Assembly: GCF_963921235.1 (NCBI RefSeq)
Contig: NC_086097.1
Span: 61,320,001 to 61,384,000 of the forward strand
Direction: 5' to 3'
DNA from: Mobula hypostoma
Taxonomy: Eukaryota
Length of the DNA stretch: 64,000 nucleotides
Shown: one piece after another, positions 24,501 to 37,965 of the stretch
Numbering within the stretch: the stretch's first letter is position 1
Layout of the letters: each line of letters starts with the position of its first letter
Notes under the pieces: model-generated
Told to the model about the DNA's origin: nothing
Database searches by the model: none
The model's input: the letters and a program-made list of their open reading frames with translations, nothing else
Translations under genes and position numbers: made by a program

Positions 24501-26679
24501 ATCATTTGTTGTAGGACACCTAGTACCTGATCTGTTTTTACAGGTAGTGTTTATTCCATTGGGAGTTTACTCTCCTTTAACCTGGTACATTAATACCTTT
24601 GACTTTGCTACTATTATGTATCATGGATATGGTATATGGACTTTATTCCAAGAAGCATTTACAGTGTTCAGTGTCTTCCTGACAGATCCCAACAAGTTTC
24701 ATACATGTCAGCTGTAATGATTTGGACTCACCTGTAAATGTGCACAGAAGTATATGTTCTAAACTGTTGCTAAATTTTTACCCGGCAATTTCTCAAATTC
24801 ACTTAATTTTGGTACTCCTCCTGTTATGCTGTGGATTCCACCTACTGAACTTGCATGATTGTAGAGGTAGCACTTGTTCAGGACTCCTGTCAGTTCAAAA
24901 GAATGAATTAACTATACAAGAGAAGGCTAGTTTCAGATCATTTGTACTTGCTTATTTAAATTAAATGTGCTTTCAAGTGGTTATAAGTATTGTATTTGTT
25001 TTCAGTGTTGCTCCAGCTGCTTCAGCCACTTAAATACGTTAGAATTTCAAAGAGGAAGGAATGTTGAGAAAAATCCTCCATTTCCTTTCAAAGTCAGCAA
25101 ACAAATGTTATTATTAACTTAATACCATGTAATAGTAAAATGGCTTTTTGGTACAAAAATTCATCAAATAGATCAAACTCTTGAAAGCACGACACTCCAG
25201 AAGCTAATTTAGATTACGAGTTTAGAGTCTTGACAAAAAGACAACCACATAATCTATCGACATAGAAGGGGTTTACTTTGTCAAGCCACATGCTGCTGGC
25301 ACAGTCACAATAACAAGTAGTGTATATTGAAAGCCCGTAATTTTTCTGAAGTGCTCGATGAATGTGAGCCTTTTCAGGCAACATGCTGAGGTAGTATTGA
25401 TATGTTTTTACAATACTTTTATTTCCAACAAAGCCAGAACCGGGACAGAATTGTTTTGAATTGTGTTTTCAAGAAAGGACTCTCTTTTCCCTTTAGATGA
25501 TTTTAATAACATGGGACAGGCTTAGACGACCTATCTAAATAAAGTAAACATTTTTAGAATGATTTAAATAACAAATGCATGGAAAGAAAAAAAATATATA
25601 TATAGTGTCTCAAAAGATGTATTAAATAGGTGATTCATAAGGAGCCATCACATCATTTGTATATTGACTCAGCCCCAGCATAAAATGTTCTTGTCAATAA
25701 GGTCCAAAGAGTTATGAACAACAGACTAGATTTACCTGTTTAAATGTATACAGAAGGTTTTCTTCTACTTGATGAAACATTGCACTGCAATGGGGGAAAA
25801 CAGATTAATTACCAAGGATATGAAAAGGCTGAGATTGTGGTATGGGCACAGGTAATATTGGTCCTTCAGACAAGGGAAGGGATCAAGCCCACAGAAAGGG
25901 GCACCTTGGCATTATGAGTCGAGGATGCAAACATTTGATGGGAAATGTTAAGGGAGAAATGCAGCCTTGTTATGGTTGTGAGTATCTAAACAAATTCCAC
26001 AACAATAATGTAAAGACTGAAACCAAGACTAAGTGGAAAAATATTGGACAGAGGTACTTGGTCTGGATTTGAGCATTGTTCTGACAAGTGAAAAGTGTCT
26101 GCTTGATCCTGAAAAACACTGAAACTAAAGGACTCATTGTTTCTGTGAAACTTTCCTTAGAGACTCATGGTAACACATGACCAGATGAATTAGTATGAGT
26201 ATGCAAATTCATACTTTTCTGGCTTGGGAGGTGGGATCATATGTAAGGAGAATTAGAATAATATTTTATGTGCTACATAATCACACAGCAAATATTCAAA
26301 TGTGTTCAGTGAATTGGTTTTTGACTGCATTTCTTTTCTCATCGCAAAGCACTTACGCTACGTGAAAGAATTTTAAACATCTGCAATTTCCCTCCAAGTT
26401 GTACACCATCATTCATCATCATTGTGACTGAATCCTGGAATTCCCTCACCAACATCAATAACACAAGACAATACCATAACAGACAACACAATAACAACCA
26501 AAAATGAACAGACAATAGTGCAGAGGTCTTGACATCCTATTGGCAAGTCATAGTTCTGCAGTAAACAACATTTGATGAATTTTCTATAACAACACATATT
26601 GTAATGCAACAGGCAATATGTTGCAGACAGAAAAAGGTTCTTTTGTGTCTTCTTGGTGCCATATTGCTTTATCATAGTT

Positions 26680-27343
26680 GTGTATTTATTATTTAAGTAA
26701 TATTTGAGTAATTTTGTAAATACATTGTTTGACTATGTATTCCTTGTTTGTTTAAGTAATTTGGTTACATGTTAAAGTACATGAAAGGCATACACAGGCA
26801 ACCAGAAACGACCCCACACTGTCTTAGGTATACATGGAAACCCAAAATGGCTGTAATATCCTACAGAAATTCCAGTTCCCTCACTTTTACCAGAGCTGGG
26901 ATGAACTTGCCCTTGACAGCGGTTGTCGTATGTGTTGGTTTGAGATTTGTTGTACCATCCAAGCTGAAAGCTGAAGTGTTGGAGGAGCTAAATACATAAT
27001 CAAATTGAGAGCACTGGTTTGAAACTTTGTCTGGTGACGTGGGATAGATCAGTCGACTGAGCATCTTGTCATGCATTGTTCAGGATGCAAATACATCCAC
27101 AACAAAGTGTCCAAAGCTGTCCAAGAAACTTCCTGCAGTCACAGAGTCTACTCTTACAACCACCATAGATGAGGCCCCAGAACCTGGGATTTTTCACAGC
27201 TACTAGTCTCACCTGTCAAGCAGCGAGACCCCTCCTACCCTCTCAGGAAAGGTGTTATCCCACATTTAAATCTTTTGGCCTAAATGGGACAATTTAAAAT
27301 TTACTATGATGTGGATGTCTATAGTGTAGTTGTATTATATAGT

Positions 27344-27345
<2 letters not shown>
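26680..27345 (+). mobile_element. Gypsy LTR retrotransposon remnant (integrase zinc-binding region)
   Basis: GLRFVVPSKLKAEVLEEL is followed by decayed FVW*RGIDQ..HCSGC (H2C2 domain) and an ERCYP-type integrase C-terminus. Confidence 0.7.

Positions 27346-27380
<35 letters not shown>
27346..27380. repeat. (TC)n microsatellite followed by poly-C
   Basis: Seen directly in the sequence. Confidence 0.95.
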
Positions 27381-27384
<4 letters not shown>

Positions 27385-27929
27385 CCCCCCCCCCACCACT
27401 CCACACTCAGCAGTGTCCACCTGTGACTGACGTCATAGTAGTCCCACCTCACTCAGGCGCTCTTAAAGAAACAGTTCCAGTAAATGACCGCAGGCTCGTA
27501 ACACAATGCCTCCAATGCCCACTTCAGAAGAGAACCCTGAGGATTCAATACCTTCTGAATATTGTTTAAATAGTTCCTTCTTTTCTCATCTCACTCTTAG
27601 TACCTGATCCCTGTGACCTCCTCACCAGCACCACCCATTTTTCAGTGGCATCCCTTCAAGGAGAGAAATTGTCTCTTGATCTATACTATTAAGTTCTGTA
27701 GCAATATTCAATTTTAATTGGAATATCCCCCATTCTACCCAGTTCTAGAGAGCATTGGCCCAAACTACACAATGATTCCTCTCAGGATAATCCCTCACAT
27801 TCCATTTAATTAATCTGGTGAGCTTTTTTAATGTTTCCTCTATTATAAGTCTCTTCTTCTTTCATCGGGAGACCAGCATTGAACAGAACGTAGAACAGTC
27901 CTGCAAATATACAATATACAATATCCCAA

Positions 27930-30900
27930 CTATCAGAATCAGCTTTAATATCTCTGGCATATATCATGACATTTATTATTTTTTAGCAGCAGTACATTGC
28001 AATACATAATAATAAAATTTATAAAGTAAATTAAGAAGTATATACTTCAAAAAAATTAAATTGAATAAGCAATCCAAAAAGGGAGTAGTGTTCAATGTTG
28101 AGTGTGCATCTTCAAGCTCCTGTTTCTCCCCCTAGATGGTAGCAATGAGAAGAGGGCGTGTCCTAAATGATGGTGGTCCATAATGATAGACGTCACGTTT
28201 TTAAGGCATCGCCTTTCGAAGGTGTCCTGAATAAGGTGGAGGATCATGCCATGATGCAGCTGGCTGAGTTTACAACTTTATGAAGCTTTTTCCAATCCTG
28301 TGCAGTGGCCCCTGCATACCGGATGGTGATGCAACCAGTTAGAATGCTCTCTCTGTAAAATTTGTGAGTGTCTTTGGAGACATCCTCAAAATCTTAATGA
28401 AATATAGCCGTGGTTGTGCCTTTGTTGTAATTGCACTGATATGTTGGGCCCAGGATAGATCCTCAGAGATGTGGACACCCAGGAACTTGGAACTACTCAC
28501 CCTTTCCAATTCTAATACTTCAATGAGGACTGGTGTATGTTCCCATAACTTCCCCTTTCTGAAGCCCACAATAAATTCCTTGGCCTTACTGACATTCAGT
28601 GAAAGGTTGTTGCAGCAATACCACTCAGCAAGTTGCTCTGTCTTGCACCTGTATGCCTCCTTGTCATCATCTGAAATTCTGCCAAAAATAGTTGTATCAT
28701 TGGCGAATTTATCATTGGCTAAGCTCAAATCCTTGAGGGTCACCAATGCTGATTGTTAGTGAGAAAAGATGTTATTTCCAATCCGCACAAACTGTGGTCT
28801 TCCAGTGGTGAAGTCAAGGATTCAGTTGCAGAGGAGGGTACAGAGCTCCAGGTTTTGGAGATTGTTGATTAGAATGGAAGGGATGATGATGTTGAACACT
28901 GAGCTGTAATCAATAAACAGCAGCCTGACATAGGTATTATTATTATGGAGATGATCCAAGGCCAAGTGGAGAGCCAATGAGATTGTGTCCACTATAAACC
29001 TATTGTGCTGGTAGGCAAATTGCAGTGTGTCCAGGTCCTTGCTTAGGTAGGAGTTGATTCTAGCCATGACCAACCTCTCAAAGCACATCATCACCACAGA
29101 TGTGGGTGCCAGTGGGTTAGGTAGATCACCCTGCTCTTCTTGGACACTGCTATGACTGGTGCCCTTTTGAAGCAGGTGGGAACCTCCGATTGCAACAATG
29201 AGAGACTGAAGACGTTCTTGAGCACTCCAGCTAGTTGCTGGCATGGGTTTTCGGAGCCCTACCTGGTACACCATCAGGCCCTGAAACATAGTCATAGTCA
29301 TAGTCATACTTTATTAATCCTGGGGGAAATGGGTTTTCGTTACAGTTGCTCCATAAATAATAAATAGTAATAGAATCATAAATAGTTAAATAGTAATATG
29401 TAAATTATACCAGTAAATTATGAAATAAGTCCAGGACCAGCCTATTGGCTCAGGATGTCTGACCCTCCAAGGGAAGAGTTGTAAAGTTTGATAGCCACAG
29501 GCAGGAATGACTTCCTATGACGCTCTGTGTTGCATCTTGGTGGAATGAGTCTCTGTCTGAATGTACTCCTGTGCCCATCCAGTACATTATGTAGTGGATG
29601 GGAGACATTGTCCAAGATGGCATGCAACTTAGACAGCATCCTCTTTTCAGACACCACCATGAGAGAGTCCAGTTCCATCCCCACACCATCACTGGCCTTA
29701 CGAATGAGTTTGTTGATTCTATTGGTGTCTGCCACCCTCAGCCTGTTGCCCAGCACACAACAGCAGACATGATAGCACTGGCCACCACAGACTCATAGAA
29801 CATCCTCAGCATCGTCCGGCAGATGTTAAAGGACCTCAGTCTCTTCAGGAAATAGAGACAGCTCTGACCCTTCTTGTAGACAGCCTCAGTGTTCTTTGAA
29901 CAGTTCAGTTTATTGTCAATTCGTATCCCCAGGTATTTGTAATCCTCTACCATGTCCACACTGACCCCCTGGATGGAAACAGGGGTCACGGGTACCTCAG
30001 CTCTCCTCAGGTCTACCACCAGCTCCTTAGTCTTTTTCACATTAAGCTGCAGATAATTCTGCTCACACCATGTGACAAAGTTTCCTACCGTAGCCCTGTA
30101 CTCAGCCTCATCTCCATTGCTGATGCATCCAACTATGGCAGAGTCATCAGAAAACTTCTGAAGAAGACAAGACTCTGTGCTGTAGTTGAAGTCTGAGGTG
30201 TAAATGGTGAAGAGAAAGGGAGACAAGACAGTCCCCTGTGGAGCCCCAGTGCTGCTGATCACTCTGTCGGACACATAGTGTTGCAAGCACACGTACTGTG
30301 GTCTGCCAGTCAGGTAATCAAGAATCCATGATACCAGGGAAGCATCCACCTGCATCACTGTCAGCTTCTCCCCCAGCAGAGAAGAGCGGATGATGTTGAA
30401 TGCACTGGAGAAGTCAAAAAACATGACCCTCACAGTGCTCGCTGGCTTGTCCAGGTGGGCGTAGACACGGTTCAGCAGGTAAACGATGGCATCCTCAACT
30501 CCTAGTCTGGGCTCTTGCAAGGGTTTACTCTCTTGAAAGATTTTTTGATGCCGGCTTCTAAGTCAGTAATCACAGGGACACCAGATGATGCAGGGATTTG
30601 CACAGGTGTAGTTTTATTCTCCCTTTCAAAGCATACATAAGAGGCATTGAGCTGAGTGAAGCTTCACAGGCATTCATGATGTTAGGTTTCACTTTGTACA
30701 AAGTAATGGGCTGCAAACTCTGCCAGATCTGACGTGCATCTGATTTTGTCTCTAAGTTCAATCAGGATTGTTTTTTCACCATTGAAATAGCCTACTGTAG
30801 GTCCAACCTGATCTTTTTGTATAGTTCTGGATCACTGGTCTTGAATGTCACAGATCTAGACCTCAGCAAGACTACGAATCATCTGGTTCATCCATAGCTT

Positions 30901-31503
30901 TTGGTTTGGGTATGTCCAGTATGTTCTCACAGGTACACACTCATCCACACATGTTTTATTGAAGTTAGTGACAACTGTGGCATAGTCATTCAGACTCGAA
31001 GATGAAGGCATGAATATTGTCCAGTCCACTGACTCAAAGCAGTCCTGTAAGTGTCTCTCTGTCTCCCTTGACCATACCTTCTTGGTCCTCACCACTGGAG
31101 CTGCAGTCTTTAATCTCTGCCTATATGGTGGGCGTAAAAGTACAGCCAGGTGATTGGACTTTCCAAAGTGTGGGAGTGGGATGGCACACATTCTTGATGG
31201 CTCTATCACAGTGGTCAAGTGTGTTGGCTCCTCTGGTTACACAAGCGACATGGTGGTACTTGTTCTGAGATTTCATTAAATTGGCCTGGCTGAAATCTCA
31301 AATAATGATATGGAAGGCACCAGAGAGCTTAGCTTCTTCAGTGCCTCCCTGGTGGCGCCCCGAGGTGGAATATACACTACTACGAGGATAATGGTGGAAT
31401 ACTCCCTTGGATATTTGACCACTAGATGTTCCAGAACGGGTGAACAGGACTGCGACAGAACGGTCGCATGTGTGCACCATGTTGAACTAATTATAAAGCA
31501 TAC
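27930..31503 (-). mobile_element. Decayed Rex1/Babar-type LINE (EN-RT-3' end), interrupted by a younger LINE
   Basis: ORFs 28339..28746 (KFANDTT), 28822..29307 (QFAYQHNR, LLFIDYSSVFN) and 30856..31218 (HFGKSNH). 31310-31500 on the minus strand gives APE-like ILVVVYIPP. Confidence 0.85.
29288..30515 (-). mobile_element. Younger Rex1/Babar LINE, 5'-truncated
   Basis: ORF 29738..30520 (FFDFSSAFN, GAPQGTVLSP, KFSDDS) plus 29442..29756, with an (ACTATG)n tail. The host LINE is colinear on both sides. Confidence 0.92.
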
Positions 31504-31529
31504 TCCTCCTCATCCAACTTTAAAAGATA

Positions 31530-32020
31530 TCTAGGATCTCTAAGAAGATTTGGTATTTTCTGTTAAAATTTTCTATAGATGTGCAATGGAGAGCATTCAG
31601 AGCAGCTGCATCACCGTGGAGACCCCATTGCACAGGATTGCATGAGGCTGCTGTAGGTTATAGACTCAGCCGGCTCCATCATGAGGACAAACCGTCAGGG
31701 ACATCTTCAAGAGGCAGCATCATCACTAAGGATCCAAGCCATCTGGGACATGTCTTCTCATTATAGCCATTGGAGGAGGTACAGGAGACTGAAGACCAGC
31801 TTCTGCCCCTCTTCCCTCAGTATTTTGAATGGTCCATGAACTCATAAGCCCTAGTTCATTAATCTTTTTTGTACTATTTATTCATTTTTGTGGTTTATAG
31901 ATTTTGTATCTTTCATTTACTGCTACAGCAATGCGACGAGTTTCACATTACGAGTCTGTGATAGTAAATCTAATTCTGAATTTCACATCACGTGTCTGTG
32001 ATAGCAAATCTAATTCTGAT
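31530..32020 (+). mobile_element. Rex1-type LINE 3' fragment with a 40-bp tandem duplication in the tail
   Basis: SIITKDPSHLGHVFSL. TTTCACAT..GTCTGTGATAG.AAATCTAATTCTGA occurs twice (about 31941-32020). Confidence 0.7.
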
Positions 32021-32837
32021 TCTTTAATCTGGTACTTAAACCCTCTTACAATGTTAACCAATCTACCTAATCACTTGCTGAACCTGCCGAGTAACTGTCA
32101 ATGTTAACCGATCTACCTAATCACTTGCTGTAACAATCAGTGATATTTGTAAAAGGATATTCATCTTCATATCAATACCAAAATATTTCAGTTTCTCAGT
32201 TTAAACAAAAATTCTCTGCTTTTCTATTCCTTAGACCAATGTGGATAACCTTGTGTTTTTCCACATTATATGTCTTGTCCATTCTGCAGACCACCTCACA
32301 ATCCACACAGGTAACAAACTTCATATCAGCAAAACTGTATGTATTCTATCTGGCCCCAATGTCCAAATCAACAGTAATTATAAAAAACTGGACAAAACAC
32401 CAATCATTTATGCTTACCCTCTTAATTTTTGTCTTTGTCAGAAAATTAGCCCCGCCCATGCTCTAATTTTGTTTACCAATGTCTTGTGCAACATTTAATT
32501 GAAGGCTTTTCAAAAATCCAAATACATCCAATCCATTGATCCCCTTAGTCTATTCTTGTAGATGCAGCTTTGAAAAAGTTTAACATATAACTTAAATATA
32601 GTTTTTCTTCCATAAATCTATTTTGACACTTATCACATTATTATTTTCTATGTGATTCCAGTATTTTCTCTAATAAAAGCTTAGGAATTTGATTTTACAC
32701 TCTTCTTAGTATACATTTGCTCTGAGGTCAAGTCAGCTCAGCAACGAAGCTACTGAACTGGATGTTTTTGTCTTAAGAACACATAATGATTAAATAACTC
32801 CTTTAAAATATGTTTAAACTCAACTTGCCTATTTTAT

Positions 32838-32859
32838 ACACACACACACACACACACAC
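32838..32859. repeat. (CA)n microsatellite
   Basis: Seen directly in the sequence. Confidence 0.95.
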
Positions 32860-32959
32860 TGCAGATGACTGGAGACTCAGGAAACAGCATTCGTACATGG
32901 GAAATGGTCAAAATGATCTTTCTTTGACAACCTTGAGCTATCAAAGCAAAATATCAAAC

Positions 32960-33690
32960 TGATGGTGGGGGCGGAGGGGCTGGTGGGAGTGATAGGGGGA
33001 GGGTTAATAATTATGGGAGTTTTGAGGAAAATAGGAGTGATCCAGGAGGTACAGCATGCGGGCCTTGCTGTAGGGGAAAGAATAGTGAGGACTACTAACT
33101 TGTAAGTAGGGATGTGGACTGTGCTAACATGGCAACAGGGAACCACAGACAAAAACAAAGAAATGGAATGAAGCAATGATGATACCTAAGTTTCAGGAAC
33201 TTCACTAAGTATGTTATAGCGTGCACCTATTGCTGCAATAAAAAAATTGGATTTACTATTAAACCTGTGGACTTATTTTGCAATCACAACCTAGTCTGTT
33301 ATTTAACTAAGTTTTCCTGTTGCTACTATTCTGTTATGAAAATATAGCTTTACTGGTAGCCTCATCAACTGAGAAGGTAAAAACTGTAGCAAATTCATGC
33401 ATTCATGCTCAGTCATATGAGCTTTGGCTGATCTCCTGGTGCACCGCAGCTTTTCTAATAAATTGTCCATCATTCCGAACACCAGCTCCACGTGATCCTA
33501 CAGGCCTCCTCGGGGGAACAGCATCCCTGAGCATGGTGAGTGCCAATCATGCCCCGTGGTCATCAGTAGTCTTTACCGCCCTAGGCCACAGGTCACAAAG
33601 ATCGAAGGGTCGATGAACTGCAGTTATCGGTCTACCTAAAGGGCGCCAGCAACAAAGATTTACTAAAGTAAAAATATCCCGGGGGAAGAC
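32960..33690 (+). promoter_or_regulatory. Candidate host promoter/first exon ending in ATG|GTGAGT
   Basis: Repeat-free and locally CpG-enriched. GC box at 32967-32980, ARE-like TGCTCAGTCAT at 33406-33416, CACGTG at 33489-33494, ATG at 33533-33535 followed by a consensus splice donor. Confidence 0.35.
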
Positions 33691-35052
33691 TTAAATCACA
33701 CAAGATCCATTACTTTCAGTGTGATGTACTTTTTGTTGAACTGTCCGTTAATTTCATCCTCTTGATCTAGTTTCCACCATTGAGTGAATAAACTAAACAC
33801 TAATGATGTCAATACCTGCAAATAAACAATGGGGAAATGTTACCTGTCTAATGGTGAATTATGACAAAGTACAGTAGCTGGTCCAGTCCCCTGACTGTGA
33901 GGACTTGAACAAGAACTCTCTACAAATGTGATGAAACATGCCCCACCATGTGTCCTATATTATTTATGTATAAAAATGGGCACAAATTTTGTCTAATCCA
34001 GCTTCTAGAATGAAGAATTTACAATGTTTAATTTGTGCGGTTAAAAAAAGAGTAAATATCTTAGTGGCCCTGGTTGTTGATCTTAAAATTTCCCAAAACA
34101 ATTCCCAAAACCCAGAGTGAGAAAGTCATAGTTTTTACTTCTACTTCAAAGATTTGAGCACAAAATCTAGACTAATGTTCTGCTGCTGTACCTAGTAAAT
34201 ACTGAATCGGAATCAGTATCAGCCTTATTATCGCTGGCATATGTCATAAAATTTATTGTTTTGCAGCAACAGTACAATGCAATACATAATCATGATATGA
34301 AAGAGACCACATTACAATGTATATATTAAAAAATATAAAATAAATAAGCAATAAGTACCAGTTCTTCCAGTATAATCCGACGCAGTGGGTACTCAGATAC
34401 AGCGAGTATTCCAGGTCCAATCAAAGGTGTATTTTTCATTTTGTATGTCCTTTTTATGATCACAAGTCACTGCTGGATACTAAGAATATCAAATACCACA
34501 GGATTATCCCATCAGCGAGTTGCTTGCTATCGATGGAAATGGACTTATTGCATTGAGTTGTTTTGCAATTGCTGGACTTGTCATGCACTGTTAGATGGTA
34601 CGTAGTGTGAGTGATTATTCTGGACATTTTTATTGTGATTACAAGGCCCTATTGGTCATTGGTAACATAGAATACTGCTAGTCTGGTTCACTGGTTCATT
34701 GGCGAGACTGATGGCCAGGGAGCTGCATTACCTCAGCTTTGGCAAGGACTAGGCCAAGGCTGCGGGGTCGCCTATTGCAGACAACCAGGGGAGGAGACAC
34801 TGAAGCAGTGTGGAAGAACCTCTATGAGGCGCACAGGAACTGATACTTGGGTTGGTGGCTGGCCCTTCCCATTGGTGCTGCCCTCCAGTGCTGGCTCATT
34901 GGAAGAACAAGCTGAACCAGAACAATTTGCCCTCAATTTGACAGTAATACCACTCAGGCATTTGGGCTTTATTATTATGCTTTTTTTCTTTGTGACTATA
35001 TCATAGCCATATGTACTCTTTTTGAAATTGTAACCATATGTATTATTTTAAG

Positions 35053-36300
35053 TACAAGGCATTCTGCAGATGCTGCTCGGAAAGTTCAGGGTGTCAGGGA
35101 CGTGCCAGCTCATGCGCTGCTCTGCAGGGTTTACTCATCTCTGTGCTAAACTGAGGCTGTGGCCTGCAACTAATGGGCTGCTGAATCGACTGCAGTAATG
35201 ACTGGCTTCGTGGCTGTGAACATCAGTTCGGAATGTTATTTGCTTACTTTTATTGTTTGTATGATTTGTCTTTTTTCTGCACATTGGGTATTTGCCAGTT
35301 TTCCTTGTGTAATGGGTTCCATTGTGTTTCTTTGTTTTGTAGCTGCCTGTAAGGAGACAAATCTGAAGGGTGTATATTTTATACATATTTTGATTATAAA
35401 TATACTTTGAACGTTGAACTTTGGAAATCCAGAGCAACACACAAAAGATGATGGAAGAACTCAGTAGGTCAGACATCATCTATGGAAATGAATAAACAGT
35501 CGATGATTTGGGCTGGGACACTCACCCCACCTTTTTATTCTGGTGTCTTCCCCTCCAGTCCGTACTGAAGAAAGGTCTCTGCCCAAAGCATTAACTATTT
35601 ATTTGCAAGTTGAGTCTGTGGCATGGAAGCAAATGTGATGTTAGCATTCATTTCAAGAGGACAATAATATAAAAGCAAGGATGTAATGCTGAGACTTTAT
35701 AAAGCACCGGTAAGGCTTTAGTTGGGTGTATTGTGAGCAGTTTTGGGCTGAAACTGGAGAGGGTTCAAAGTTGGTTCACAAAATGATTCCAGGATTGAAT
35801 AGCTTGACATGTGAAGAGCATTTAATGGCTCTGGGCCTGGACTCACTAAAATTCAGAAGAATGAGGTGGCGGGGGGACTGCATTGAAACCTGTCAAATGG
35901 TGAAAGGCCTTGATAGAGTGAATGTGGAGAGGATGTTTCCTATGATGGGGAGTCTAAGACCAGAGGACAGAGACTCAGATTGAGAGACGTCCTTTTAGAA
36001 TGGAGATGAGGAGGAATTTCTTTAGCCAGAGACTGATGAAGCTATGGAATTCTTTTCCACGGACAGAAATGGAGGCCCATTCTTTATATATTTAAGGCAA
36101 AGGTTGATAGATTCTTGATTGGTCAGGGCTCGAATAGATACGAGAAGAAGGCAGGGGATTGGATCAGCCATGATGAAATGGTGGAGCAGACCTAATGGGC
36201 CGAATGGCCTATTCTGCTCCTATATCTTATGGTCTTATTCACTTCCACAGATGTGCCTGAACTGCTGAGTTTTTCCTGCATTTTGTGTGTGTGTTGTGCT
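35053..36300. mobile_element. Head-to-head Penelope pLTR pair with nested insertions (Rex1-associated element 35087-35422; CR1 3' fragment about 35605-36235)
   Basis: The minus-oriented pLTR (35053-35086 plus 35424-35520) abuts the plus-oriented pLTR (35525-35604 plus 36236-36300). Both contain degenerate hammerhead-like sequence. Confidence 0.65.
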
Positions 36301-36449
36301 GCTTGTGCTATGTGCTATGTGCAGTGTGCTGTGTGCTATTAGTAATATGTTTTGTACCTTGGATCCAGAGAAATGCTGTTTCATTTGGACATATTTGTGT
36401 ATGGTTGAATGATAATTAAAACAGAACTTGAACAAGAGACCAAGAAAAA

Positions 36450-36740
36450 ATAATGAGGTAATGTTCATGAGGTAGCTGTCCATTCAGAAATCTGATGGCA
36501 GATGGGAAGATGTTATTTCCTGAAATGTTGACATGTGTGTCTTCAGGCTCATTCTTGATGGTAGCAATGAGAAGAGGGCATGGCCTGGGTAATGGGGGTC
36601 TAAATGATGGATGCCACCTTTTTGTGACATCGTCTTTCGAAGGTGTCCTCAATGCTGAGGAGGCTAGTGCCCGTGATGCAGCTGGCTGAGTTGGCAACTT
36701 CCTGTAGTTTTTTTCTGATCCTATGCAGTGACCCCTCGAG
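36450..36740 (-). mobile_element. Rex1-type LINE 3' fragment
   Basis: Similar to 28100-28320 and 58600-58920. Confidence 0.7.
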
Positions 36741-36899
36741 ACTAATTTAAAGCTCATCTGACATCCTGGGTGACTGTGACAGAACTCACAGCATGATACT
36801 GAAGAAGACCAAGAATATTATCCATATTACCATGGTTAAAATTCACCTTTCAATCAACAGCAATAAAAGATATAAAATACCTGATCATTGTCACATTGA

Positions 36900-37965
36900 T
36901 GTGTGAAGAAAATGATTTAAAACAAAATGAGGAAGAAATTGGATAATGAGAGTAAATTAGCAGGGATAACAAACAACCAGTAGAAGCTTTTATAAGCAAT
37001 GCTACGGTAAACATCAGCCCTTTAGAGGATGATGCTGGTGAATAAATGAGGGGAAATAAGGAAATGGCAAAGACTTTGAACACTTATCTTCCATTTATCT
37101 TCACAGGCACTGGTAATTTACATCCTTGAGCTTTTAAAGAAATAAAAAATGGACTCATTCATAACGTTCTCTAAATTATGAAAAGGACTTGGCATCTTTG
37201 AAAATTGAAAATGTATTATCACTATTCAACAAAGGAGGAAGATAGAAAACAGGAAAACAGAGACCAATTAGCATGACAAATGTTGTTGGGTAATGTTGGA
37301 ATTCCTCAGTAAGAAGCTTAGGTCTTTTTTTGGCCTCCATCACAATGAAGATGGAGTATAAAAATGGGGAAGTCTTTCTCTAACTGTAAGCAGTACTGCT
37401 GACAAAATTTCTACAAAACTACACACTGTTTAGGGTTAACAACAGGAAATCTGCAGATGCTGGAAATTCAAGCAACACACATCAAAGTTGCTGGTGAACG
37501 CAGCAGGCCAGGCAGCATCTCCAGGAAGAGGTGCAGTCAACGTTTCAGGCCGAGACCCTGATTAGGGTTCCTTATTTAAGGAGGTTACACCTGGAATGGA
37601 GAGAGTACAGCTGATTGCTAGCATGTAAGTCTGTCCTTTGAGAAAAGCTTTTAGCAGGGTTGTTTTATTTCATCGGTTTAGAAGTTTGAGAAGTGGATTA
37701 CATAGAGACAAAAATGGTGGTCCTTGATAAGATGGTTACTGAGAAGATACTTCCTCTTGTGTGTTAATTTTGAACTGCGGTCAACATTGCAGAATTACAG
37801 TTTGTTCATTTTAGATGATGAAGCAGAATTCTTCTTCTCACAGAGCTATGGATGCTGAATCATTGATTACATTCAAGGTTAACAAAGACTCATTTTCAAT
37901 CTAAAAGAGAGTCAAGGGGTGTGAAGTACAGCAATGGAATCCATGTTGTTAACTCCTGCTCCTTT
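36900..37965 (+). mobile_element. Old CR1 fragments
   Basis: Decayed similarity to CR1 ORF2 (GNKEMA, FNKGGR.K.G..RPIS). Confidence 0.5.
37438..37561 (-). mobile_element. 5'-truncated Penelope pLTR with 8-bp TSD
   Basis: Near-identical to 60280-60400. TTAGGGTT occurs at 37430-37437 and 37562-37569. Confidence 0.85.

Noticed and set aside
32051..32130. 30-bp direct repeat with a 20-bp spacer, superficially CRISPR-like
   Set aside because: Only two units, eukaryotic context and no cas genes; a local duplication.
33630..33650. CTCF-like motif (CCTAAAGGGCGCCA)
   Set aside because: Several mismatches in the 5' half of the core; not supportable by eye.
33695..33845. Minus-strand acceptor followed by VLTSLVFSLFTQWW..DLV*
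   Set aside because: The peptide is unrecognisable, and the nearest upstream donor would give a 28-nt intron.
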